A stretch of DNA of 54,766 nucleotides from Gaiellales bacterium. GTDB taxonomy: Bacteria > Actinomycetota > Thermoleophilia > Gaiellales > JAICJC01. How positions within the stretch are numbered: the stretch's first letter is position 1; each line of letters begins with the position of its first letter. This document shows positions 7,955 to 15,681 of the stretch, one piece after another. Both the position numbers and the translations under genes were made by a program. The notes beneath the pieces are model-generated. The model saw nothing but the letters and a program-made list of their open reading frames with translations, ran no database searches and was not told where the DNA came from. The DNA lies in NCBI GenBank assembly GCA_035639615.1, contig DASQXS010000370.1:1-54766 (forward strand). The letters are read 5' to 3'.

Positions 7955-9724
7955 TCACGCCGGCTCGAGCTCGAAGAGCGGCTGGCCGTACTCGACCGGC
8001 TCGGCGTTGGCGACGAGGATCTTGCGGATGACCCCGGCGTGGTCCGACTTGAACTCGTTGAAGAGCTTCATCGCCTCGAGGATGCACAGAGTCTGGCCCA
8101 CCTCGACGAGGTCGCCCTCGTCCACGAACGCCGGCTGGTTGGGGGAGGGCGCCCGGTAGAAGGTCCCGACCATCGGCGACTCGAGCCGGATCGCCGACGA
8201 TACCTCGGGCTCCTCGTCCGCCGCCTCCTCGACCGCCGCAGTCGCAGCCACCGCAGCCGGCGCCGGGGCCGGCCGGTCGTCGTGCCTCCGCACCGTGATC
8301 CGGACCGGGCCGTCCTCGAGGGTCAGCTCGCCGACGTCCGACCCTTCGACCATCCGGATCAGCTCGCGGATCCGCTCGGACTGCGACGGCTCGAGCTGGT
8401 CGGATCGCCGATCCGTCTCTTCCCCGCGCCCGCGAAGCGCGGCGAGCAGCCGAGCGGCAGGCTCGCCGAACAGGGCGAGAAGCAGCAGATCCTCTTCGCT
8501 CGGGGCGCCGCCCGCGCGCGCCTTCAGCTCGGCCATGTCCGGCTCGGGATCCATGGCCGCGCCGGCCTCCGCGAACGCTGCGGCGCCCGGAGCGACCGCC
8601 ATCGGCGGTGAGCCGTAGTCCCCGCCGAGAAGCCTTCGCATCTCGTCCGACGCGCTCGCCCACCGCTGCGCGGAGAGGACGTGGCGGACGGCCTGCCCTG
8701 CCAGGATGCCGCCGATCGGCTGCGCCAGCGGCGGCATGCCGCAGTCGTCGCGCACCCGCACCAGCTCCTCGAGCACCTCGTCCAGCCGATCGCCCGCGTC
8801 GGCGTGCCGCAGCCGCGCGTCGATCTCGGCCACGAGCCCGACGGGGATGCGGTTGAGCGCGGTGCGAAGCGTGATCCGCGGGGGGATGGGAAGCGTCGGC
8901 ATCTGCGACGTGACGTGGTCGTCGATGAACCGTGAGGCCTGCCAGACGCGAGCGGTTTCCACGCCGTGGTCGATGTCGAGCCCCGTGAGCGCGTCGCAGA
9001 GCACCTCGGCGGCAACGCGGTTGAGCGAGGCCGCAACGGGATAGACGGCGACGGCGATCGGCTCCGCGCCGGCCCGTGCCCCCTCGACCGCCATCGCGAG
9101 CGCGTTTCCGCCGGTGCCCTGGCAATAGAGGCCTGCCGGCACGCCGGACGCCTCGGCCAGGCGCGCGATCACCTTGCCGCACGTGCCCGGGTCGAGCGCG
9201 CCGGCGGGATCGTGCAGGAGCACGCGGTCGGCGCCGAGCTCGGCGAGCCGGCGCGCCTTCTCGACCACCCGCTCGAGGTTCGCCATGTGCCCCGAGAAGG
9301 CCAGCCCGGCGTAGAGGCGGCCGCCGGCCTCGCGTACCGCTGCGGCTGCCGGCGCGAGGTTCTCGACGTCGTTCAGCGGGTCGTGGAGGCGGAAGATGTC
9401 GATCCCGCTCTCGGCCGCCGAGAGGATGAACCGCCTCGCCAGGTCGTCGGAGACGGGGCGCGATCCCACCAGGAACCGGCCTCGAAGCGCCATCTGGAGC
9501 GGCGTCGTCGAGCACCGCGCCTTGAGCGCCCGGATCCGCTCCCACGGGCTCTCCACCGCCCGCCGCACCGCCGCGTCGAAGCAGCCGCCGCCGGATACCT
9601 CGAGCGACTCGAAGCCGGCCCCATCGAGGATCTCGGCCACCTCGAGCAACCGCGACGTCGACATCGTGCCTGCGAGCGGCTGCTGTGAGAGCAGCCTGAC
9701 TGTGGTGTCGACGATCCGGGTCAC
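7955..9724 (-). CDS. fusion of an OadA/PycB-type (5S) carboxyltransferase-like domain, apparently degenerate, with a full-length AccB-type biotin carboxyl carrier protein
   Basis: 589 aa. The N-terminus 'MTRIVDTTVRLLSQQPL ... SGGGCFD ... PWERIRALK ... TPLQMALRG ... GIDIFRLHD' is collinear with OadA/PycB. The C-terminus 'IRELIRMVEGSDVGELTLEDGPVRITVRR ... SPMVGTFYRAPSPNQPAFVDEGDLVEVGQTLCILEAMKLFNE' is collinear with E. coli AccB and includes the biotinyl-Lys motif AMK. GTG 9724 overlaps the efp stop (GTGA). Confidence 0.85.
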   Translation of the reverse strand: MTRIVDTTVRLLSQQPLAGTMSTSRLLEVAEILDGAGFESLEVSGGGCFDAAVRRAVESPWERIRALKARCSTTPLQMALRGRFLVGSRPVSDDLARRFILSAAESGIDIFRLHDPLNDVENLAPAAAAVREAGGRLYAGLAFSGHMANLERVVEKARRLAELGADRVLLHDPAGALDPGTCGKVIARLAEASGVPAGLYCQGTGGNALAMAVEGARAGAEPIAVAVYPVAASLNRVAAEVLCDALTGLDIDHGVETARVWQASRFIDDHVTSQMPTLPIPPRITLRTALNRIPVGLVAEIDARLRHADAGDRLDEVLEELVRVRDDCGMPPLAQPIGGILAGQAVRHVLSAQRWASASDEMRRLLGGDYGSPPMAVAPGAAAFAEAGAAMDPEPDMAELKARAGGAPSEEDLLLLALFGEPAARLLAALRGRGEETDRRSDQLEPSQSERIRELIRMVEGSDVGELTLEDGPVRITVRRHDDRPAPAPAAVAATAAVEEAADEEPEVSSAIRLESPMVGTFYRAPSPNQPAFVDEGDLVEVGQTLCILEAMKLFNEFKSDHAGVIRKILVANAEPVEYGQPLFELEPA

Positions 9725-10278
9725 GCCCGCGAGATGTAGCGCGCCTCGCGTGTGTCCACGCGGACACGCTCGCCCACGTTCACGAACAGCGGCACCGCGA
9801 CGACCGCGCCGGTCTCGAGCGTCGCCGGTTTGGTGACGTTCGACACGGTGTCACCCTTCACGCCCGGCTCGGTGTCCACAACCTCGAGCTCGACGGCCGC
9901 CGGCAGCTGCAGCCCGGACGGCGCCCCGTCCACGAGGAGGAGCTGGACGGTGTCGTTCTCCTTCATGAACCGAAGCTCCTCGGCGACCGACGCGACCGGC
10001 AGCGCGAGCTGATCGAACGTCTCTGCGTCCATCAGATGAACGTCGGAGCCGTCGTTATAGAGGTAGCTCACGTTTTTGACCTCGGTGCGGACGCGGGGCA
10101 TCTTCTCCCCAGCCCGGAAGGTCTTGTCGACGACCGCGCCGCTCTCGAGCGCCTTCAGCCTCGTCCGGACGAACGCGCCGCCCTTCCCCGGCTTCACATG
10201 CTGGAACTCGACGATGCGGTAGACCGTCCCGTCGACGTCGATGTGCATGCCGTTCTTGAACTGATTCGTCGAGATCAT
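9721..10278 (-). CDS. efp: elongation factor P
   Basis: 185 aa: 'MISTNQFKNGMHIDVDGTVYRIVEFQHVKPGKGGAFVRTRLK...'. Confidence 0.97.
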   Translation of the reverse strand: MISTNQFKNGMHIDVDGTVYRIVEFQHVKPGKGGAFVRTRLKALESGAVVDKTFRAGEKMPRVRTEVKNVSYLYNDGSDVHLMDAETFDQLALPVASVAEELRFMKENDTVQLLLVDGAPSGLQLPAAVELEVVDTEPGVKGDTVSNVTKPATLETGAVVAVPLFVNVGERVRVDTREARYISRA

Positions 10279-11363
10279 CGCGCCTGCCGGACGGTGGTCA
10301 GCCCCTTAGGGTAGCCGGTGAGGCGCTCGCATCCGTCCCCGGTGATGACGACCAGGTCTTCGATCCGTACGCCGCCGGCGCCGGGCAGATAGATCCCCGG
10401 CTCGACTGTGACGACCATCCCCGGTTCGAGGGTTGCAGCGGACGCCGCCGAGAGGCGCGGATCCTCATGGACGTCGAGTCCGACGCCGTGGCCGAGGGGG
10501 TGGCCGAAGTACTCGCTGAGTCCGGCCTTCTCGATGATGTCCCGCGCGATCGCGTCCGCGTCCTTGCAGGCCATCCCCGGCCCGATCGCGTCCATCGCGG
10601 CGAGCTGAGCCTCGAGGCAGATCGCGTAGGCGTCGCGCAGCCGCGGCGCGAGCGTCCCGGTCGCAAACGTGCGCGTGCAGTCCGAGCAGTAGCCGTCGAG
10701 GATGCAGCCCAGGTCGACGGTCACGAGCGTGTCCGGACCGATGGTGGCATCCCCCGCCTCGGCATGCGGCTGCGCGCCGCGCTCGTGGGAGGCGACGATC
10801 GGCGGGAAGCTCACCCCCTCGGCGCCCTGCTCATGGAAGAGCTCCTGGATGCGCCAGGCGACGTCTCGTTCGCGCCTCCCGGCGAGTCCCTCGTCGACGA
10901 GCGTCTCGAGCACCGGCTCGATCAGCGCTGCCGACCTGCGCACGGCGCCGATCTCGGCCTCGTCCTTCACCCGGCGCAGGCCCTCGATCGCACCGACCGT
11001 GGGGACGGGATCCGAGGGCGCGGCGGCGCGCAGCCGCTCGTGCTGGGCGACGCTCAGGTGCGCCGCCTCGAAGCCGATCCGCGTCGCGCCGGGCGCCAGC
11101 TCCGTGAGGTGCTCACACGCCGACCGAAGGACGTCCCGCTCGACCTGGCGCACCTCCATGTAGGCGGCGAGGGGCTCGGCCCGCTCGGTGTAGCGGAAGT
11201 CGGTCAGGAAGGTTGCCCCATCCGGTCGCAGGAGGACCGCCGCGTTGGTCCCGCCGAACCCCGTCAGGTAGCGGATGTTCACGGCTGAGGTGACGAGCAG
11301 GGCGTCCACCTCGAGCCCGTCGAGCAGGCCGCGCCCAGCATCCAGCCTGGCCGCGTAGCTCAC
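10275..11363 (-). CDS. M24 family Xaa-Pro aminopeptidase
   Basis: GTG 11363 overlaps the aroQ stop (GTGA), giving 362 aa. Metal-ligand contexts: 'DLGCILDGYCSDCTRTF', 'HPLGHGVGLDVHE', 'EPGIYLPGAGGVRIED'. The 1180-aa track ORF 10275..13817 is an artefact upstream of this start. Confidence 0.9.
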   Translation of the reverse strand: MSYAARLDAGRGLLDGLEVDALLVTSAVNIRYLTGFGGTNAAVLLRPDGATFLTDFRYTERAEPLAAYMEVRQVERDVLRSACEHLTELAPGATRIGFEAAHLSVAQHERLRAAAPSDPVPTVGAIEGLRRVKDEAEIGAVRRSAALIEPVLETLVDEGLAGRRERDVAWRIQELFHEQGAEGVSFPPIVASHERGAQPHAEAGDATIGPDTLVTVDLGCILDGYCSDCTRTFATGTLAPRLRDAYAICLEAQLAAMDAIGPGMACKDADAIARDIIEKAGLSEYFGHPLGHGVGLDVHEDPRLSAASAATLEPGMVVTVEPGIYLPGAGGVRIEDLVVITGDGCERLTGYPKGLTTVRQAR

Positions 11364-11791
11364 GCGCCGCGGCCCACGAGATGCTCGAGCGCCTCGCGAT
11401 AGCCCTCCGCCCCGCGCCCGGTGATGCGATGGGAGACGACGTCCCCGATCACCGACTGCCGCCGCCACTCCTCGCGGCGATCGACGTCGGAGATATGCAC
11501 CTCGATGATCGGGCCCGTGAAGATCTCGAGCGCATCGCGGATCGCGTAGCTGTAGTGGGTCCACGCGCCCGGGTTGACGACGAGCCCGTCGACCCCGTCG
11601 CAGGCTTCGTGGATCATCTCGACGAAGTCGCCCTCGCTGTTCGTCTGCCAGCAGCGAACCGATAGGTTGAGCTCCTTCGCCCAGGTGTAGATCATCGTCT
11701 CGAGCTGCGTCAGCGTTACGGTGCCGTACTGGGCCGGGTCGCGCCGGCCCAACATGCTGAGGTTGACACCGTTCAGGACCGCGACCTGCAT
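11360..11791 (-). CDS. aroQ: type II 3-dehydroquinate dehydratase
   Basis: 143 aa. Motifs: 'VLNGVNLSMLGRRDPAQYG', 'NPGAWTHYSYAIRDA', 'EVHISDVDRREEWR'. Confidence 0.95.
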   Translation of the reverse strand: MQVAVLNGVNLSMLGRRDPAQYGTVTLTQLETMIYTWAKELNLSVRCWQTNSEGDFVEMIHEACDGVDGLVVNPGAWTHYSYAIRDALEIFTGPIIEVHISDVDRREEWRRQSVIGDVVSHRITGRGAEGYREALEHLVGRGA

Positions 11792-11803
11792 GGACCGGGC
11801 AGG

Positions 11804-13282
11804 TTACTTGACCGTGGTCGCCCACAACCGGCCGCCGCCGGCGACGAGGCCCGCGAGCGCCGGCGCGATCCGCCTGGGCGGCGATGTCTCGAGGGTGCGG
11901 GGATCGATCCGGCTGAGCACGCCCGAGCGCGAGGCCACCCACACCCAGCGGCCGGCGGCAGCCACGGCGGAGGGAGCGGCGGCAACGGCGACGCGCCGCT
12001 GACGGTCGGGCGCGTCCGGATCGACACGCACGACGGCGCCCGCCGCAGCGTCCACGACCCACACCCGGCCGAACCCCACGGCCAGAGCGGCCGGTTCGAC
12101 ACCCACCGCCGCCTCCGCGGCGACGCGTCCCGAGGCCGGGTCGACGCGGACGAGGACGCCGTCCGCCGCGTCGGCGACCCAGAGCGACCCGAAGCCGTAC
12201 ACGGCGACGGGCTGCGCCCCCACATGGATGGGTGCGGAGACCGCAAGCGTCCGCGCATCGATCCGCCGGACGGTGCCTCGCTCCGGGTTCGTCACCCAGG
12301 CCGCCCCGGCTCCGGCGGTCACGGCAGCGGCGCCGGCGCCGACCGGCACCGGCGGGCCGTCCGGCGCGCCGAGCTCCGGGTCGATGCGGCGGACGGTCCC
12401 GTCGCCGGCGTCGACCACCCAGACGGCGCCGCCGGCGACCGCAACGCCCGCCGGCCCGGCGCCGCCGCTCGGCGACTCCACCGCGACGCCGGAGGCGGGG
12501 TCGATCCCGAGCACCCGTGACGCCGCCGGCTCGGCCACCCACAGCCGCCCCAGCCCGAACGCCGCGCCGCCGGGGGCGGCGGCAAGGCGGGTCTGGGCGA
12601 GGATCCGGCCCGACGATCCGGCGAGCTCTCCGACGGCGTCGGGATCGAGCGAGCGGATCCGATGCGACGCGAGCTGGGTCGCCGCGATCGCAACGGCCGC
12701 AGCGAGCGCGGCGATCACGCCGACGGCCGCCACCGCGAGACGCCCGGCTGTCCACGGCGACGGCGTCTCCGGGCGCGCGGGGGCGGCCGGAAACGTCGCG
12801 TCGTAGCGCTCCACGGCATCCCGAATGCCCTTCAGGACGACCGGCCCGCGGTCGACGAACGTGATCGCCTCCACTCCTTGGGTGCGCTCCGCCGCCCGCG
12901 CCGTGGCGATCACCCGCCCCGGCTCGGCGAGCCGGCACAGGCGGGACGCAACGCCGGCGTCGTCGCCGGCGTCGATCGCCATGCCGACGCGAAGCGGGAG
13001 CGACGGATCCGACCCGCCCAGCGCGGCGAACGCGCGCTGGGCATCCGCGGCGCACATGAACGCCGCCCGCGTCGTCGGGAAGGTGCAGACTGCCTCGTCC
13101 GCTCCCAGCTCGAGGACGACTCCGGCGCGGTCCTCGGCCGCCCAGTGCATCGTCTCGGCGAACCGCGCGGCGAGGCGCGCGGCGGCCTCGCCTCCGCGGG
13201 CGCGCGCGAACGAGCTGTATCCCCGCACCTCCGCGACGAGCACGGCACGGGCGGGCGGCAGGGTGCCCGCGTCCTCGCGCAC
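11804..13282 (-). CDS. membrane-anchored protein: N-terminal class III nucleotidyl cyclase homology domain, one TM helix, extracytoplasmic 7-repeat beta-propeller
   Basis: 492 aa. Cyclase-like region: 'AVLVAEVRGYSSF ... LELGADEAVCTF ... RVGMAIDAG ... VASRLCRLAEPGRV ... LKGI'. TM helix: 'LAVAAVGVIAALAAAVAIAA'. About seven repeats of roughly 40 aa follow, each with (L/V)WV..D....G.V.R(I/V)DP. Confidence 0.7.
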   Translation of the reverse strand: MREDAGTLPPARAVLVAEVRGYSSFARARGGEAAARLAARFAETMHWAAEDRAGVVLELGADEAVCTFPTTRAAFMCAADAQRAFAALGGSDPSLPLRVGMAIDAGDDAGVASRLCRLAEPGRVIATARAAERTQGVEAITFVDRGPVVLKGIRDAVERYDATFPAAPARPETPSPWTAGRLAVAAVGVIAALAAAVAIAATQLASHRIRSLDPDAVGELAGSSGRILAQTRLAAAPGGAAFGLGRLWVAEPAASRVLGIDPASGVAVESPSGGAGPAGVAVAGGAVWVVDAGDGTVRRIDPELGAPDGPPVPVGAGAAAVTAGAGAAWVTNPERGTVRRIDARTLAVSAPIHVGAQPVAVYGFGSLWVADAADGVLVRVDPASGRVAAEAAVGVEPAALAVGFGRVWVVDAAAGAVVRVDPDAPDRQRRVAVAAAPSAVAAAGRWVWVASRSGVLSRIDPRTLETSPPRRIAPALAGLVAGGGRLWATTVK

Positions 13283-13388
13283 GATGGTCCGAGTCTATCC
13301 GCGTCACAACTGTTACACGGCCGCCATTGCACCGTCGCCTGAGCGGGCGACAATCGGAGTACGGAGTGAGCCTGACGAAGGAGGAGAC

Positions 13389-14189
13389 ATGCGATGGGCA
13401 GTCCTGACGGTGTGCGCGCTCGCCGCGCTGGCGGTCCCGGGCGGCGCCGAGGCCGCCAGGGCGCATCCCGCCGCCACGCACACGCCCACCATCGGAGTGT
13501 GGTTTGGCCGAGACGGACACCTCTGGCAGACGAAGCGGACGATCGCCTCGACGCCGACCGTGGCGACGGCCGCCGTCCTCGCGCTCCTCGACGGCCCGAG
13601 CGCTGACGAGGCCGCCGCCGGTGTTCACTCGGCCGTCCCCGCCGGCACCCGCCTGCGCGGGATCCTGGTCCGCTCGGGGCTTGCGACGGTCAACCTGAGC
13701 AGCGCCTTCGCCGCGTCCGCGCCGCGGCGGCGCGTGCACATGCGGCTCGCCGAGCTCACCTACACGCTGACGCAGTTCCGGACGGTCGACGCTGTTCGGC
13801 TCGAGATCGACGGCCACGCCGTGAGCTCCATCGCCGGCGTGGCGGTGCCGTCACGCCTTGAGCGGGCCCGGTACGCGCGCCTCCTGCCGCCCATCCTCGT
13901 CTGGAACCCGGCGATCGGGGCCCGCATCCCGACCACGGTGACGGTGTCGGGCACCTCCGACGTGTTCGAGGCGAATATGGTCGTCAAGGTGAAGAACGCC
14001 CGCGGCCGCCTGCTCGCCAGGGTGTGGACGACGGCGTCGTGCGGCACCGGCTGCCGCGGCTCGTACCGCGTCCGGATCTCCTACCACGTGCGCCGGGCCC
14101 AGCGCGGCACCGTCGTGATCACGGACACCGGCGCCCGGACGTCCAGGCCGGAGCACATCGTGACGGTCCCTGTCTGGCTCAGCGCCTGA
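13389..14189 (+). CDS. secreted GerMN + Gmad2 (Ig-like) domain protein
   Basis: ATG 13389 is preceded by the SD-like sequence aaggagg (13378-13384). Signal peptide: 'MRWAVLTVCALAALAVPGGAEA'. GerMN-like: 'AVLALLDGPSADEAAAGVHSAVPAGTRL ... TVNLS'. Gmad2-like: 'VTVSGTSDVFEANMVVKVKNARG'. Confidence 0.7.
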   Translation: MRWAVLTVCALAALAVPGGAEAARAHPAATHTPTIGVWFGRDGHLWQTKRTIASTPTVATAAVLALLDGPSADEAAAGVHSAVPAGTRLRGILVRSGLATVNLSSAFAASAPRRRVHMRLAELTYTLTQFRTVDAVRLEIDGHAVSSIAGVAVPSRLERARYARLLPPILVWNPAIGARIPTTVTVSGTSDVFEANMVVKVKNARGRLLARVWTTASCGTGCRGSYRVRISYHVRRAQRGTVVITDTGARTSRPEHIVTVPVWLSA

Positions 14190-15681
14190 GCGCCACGGCC
14201 CGGGCGACGGCCTGCTCGACCAGCTCGTCGCCCGGGTCGACGTCCCAGACCGGCCGGCCGACTCCCTCGAGGAGCGCGAAGCGAACCCGCCCGTGGCGCG
14301 CCTTCTTGTCGTGGGCCATCGCCTCGACGATCGCCGCCGGGCTGACGTTCCGGGCGACGACCGGCAGGCCGTGGCGGCGGAGGAGGTCGCGCACCTCGTC
14401 CTCCACGCCCGGATCGAGGCCTGCGCACCTGGCGGAGAGCCAGAGCGCCGGGAGCAGACCGACGGCCACGGCCTCGCCGTGGGCGAACGCCTTGAATCCC
14501 GTGGCAGCCTCGATCGCGTGACCGATGGAGTGACCGAGGTTCAGCACCGCCCGCATCCCCTGCTCGGTCGGGTCGGCCGCCACCACGCGGGCCTTGTAGG
14601 CGGCGCAGCGGCGGATGAGCTCGAGCCGCTGCTCGGGCGTCCCTCTTCCGGGATCCCATCTCCGCACGAGCTCCCAGAGGCGGCCGCCGGCGAGAAGCGC
14701 CGTCTTCACGACCTCGGCGAATCCAGAGGCCCACTCCCGCACCGGCAGGGTCTCGAGCGTCGCGGGGTCGCAGACGACCCACTCGGGCTGGTGGAACGCG
14801 CCCACCGCGTTCTTCGCCTGCGCCAGGTCGAGGCCGGTCTTGCCGCCGATCGCCGCGTCGACCATCCCGACGAGCGACGTCGGGACGGCGATCCACGGGA
14901 CGCCGCGCAGGTACGTCGCCGCGACGAAACCTGCCGTGTCGGTGGCCGCGCCCCCGCCCAGGCCGACGACGACGTCGCCGCGCTCGACGCCGAACTCGGC
15001 GAGCCGCGTCCACGCCTGGCGGGCGACGGCGACCGTCTTCGCCGCCTCGCCCACCGGCAGCCGCACGGTGACGAGCGGCTCAACCGGCGGCCCGACCACG
15101 CGAAGCACGGACCGGTCGGCCACGAGCGCGGCGCGGCGCGCGCCGACGAGACGGGGGAGCTCGGCCAGCGCGGCCGGCCGCGACAGGGGCGCGATCAGCG
15201 CCTCGTCGCCGGCCGGCTCGTCCGCGTCGATCAGCGCGTCGCACACGCCGTGGTAGAGCGGCCGCCGCTCCTCGTAGAGCTCGGCGAAGCCGCGCGCCTC
15301 TCTCGCAAGGGGCCGGTCGCCGGCCTGGGCCTCGATCCGCCTCCATGCGGTCTGGGGCGACACGTCGAGCAGGATCGTGAAGCTGCCGTTTCGCAGCCGC
15401 TGCCGCGTCGTCGCCGAGAGGATCGCTCCGCCGCCGAGCGCGACGACGACACTCGTCTCGGCCAGGAGCCGGGCGATCACATGCTCCTCGAGCGCGCGGA
15501 AGGCCGCCTCTCCCTCGTCGGCGAAGATCGCGCCGACCGCCTTCCCCGCCTCGCGCTCGACCTCGCGGTCGGCGTCGACGAACCTCCACCCGAGCCGTCG
15601 TGCGAGCCGATCCCCGGCCGTCGTCTTACCCGCGCCCATGAAGCCGATGAGCGCGACGTTCCGGTACGGGCCGGGAATCAT
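14179..15681 (-). CDS. aroKB: bifunctional shikimate kinase / 3-dehydroquinate synthase (AroK-AroB fusion)
   Basis: ATG 15681 overlaps the aroC stop (ATGA), giving 500 aa. N-terminal Walker A: 'NVALIGFMGAGKTT'. DHQS motifs: 'GLGGGAATDTAGFVAATYLRGVPWIAVPTSLVGMVDAAIGGKTG', 'NLGHSIGHAIE'. Confidence 0.92.
   Translation of the reverse strand: MIPGPYRNVALIGFMGAGKTTAGDRLARRLGWRFVDADREVEREAGKAVGAIFADEGEAAFRALEEHVIARLLAETSVVVALGGGAILSATTRQRLRNGSFTILLDVSPQTAWRRIEAQAGDRPLAREARGFAELYEERRPLYHGVCDALIDADEPAGDEALIAPLSRPAALAELPRLVGARRAALVADRSVLRVVGPPVEPLVTVRLPVGEAAKTVAVARQAWTRLAEFGVERGDVVVGLGGGAATDTAGFVAATYLRGVPWIAVPTSLVGMVDAAIGGKTGLDLAQAKNAVGAFHQPEWVVCDPATLETLPVREWASGFAEVVKTALLAGGRLWELVRRWDPGRGTPEQRLELIRRCAAYKARVVAADPTEQGMRAVLNLGHSIGHAIEAATGFKAFAHGEAVAVGLLPALWLSARCAGLDPGVEDEVRDLLRRHGLPVVARNVSPAAIVEAMAHDKKARHGRVRFALLEGVGRPVWDVDPGDELVEQAVARAVALRR

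Noticed and set aside
7812-9767. 651-aa minus-strand ORF overlapping the CT-BCCP gene
   Set aside because: It has Arg/Gly/Pro-rich composition and no motifs, and it is out of frame with a gene of strong family identity. This is a typical high-GC shadow ORF.
10275-13817. 1180-aa ORF suggesting a giant protein
   Set aside because: Only the C-terminal 362 codons (the M24 peptidase, from GTG 11363) are protein-like. The upstream part is low-complexity read-through, out of frame over aroQ and the propeller gene.
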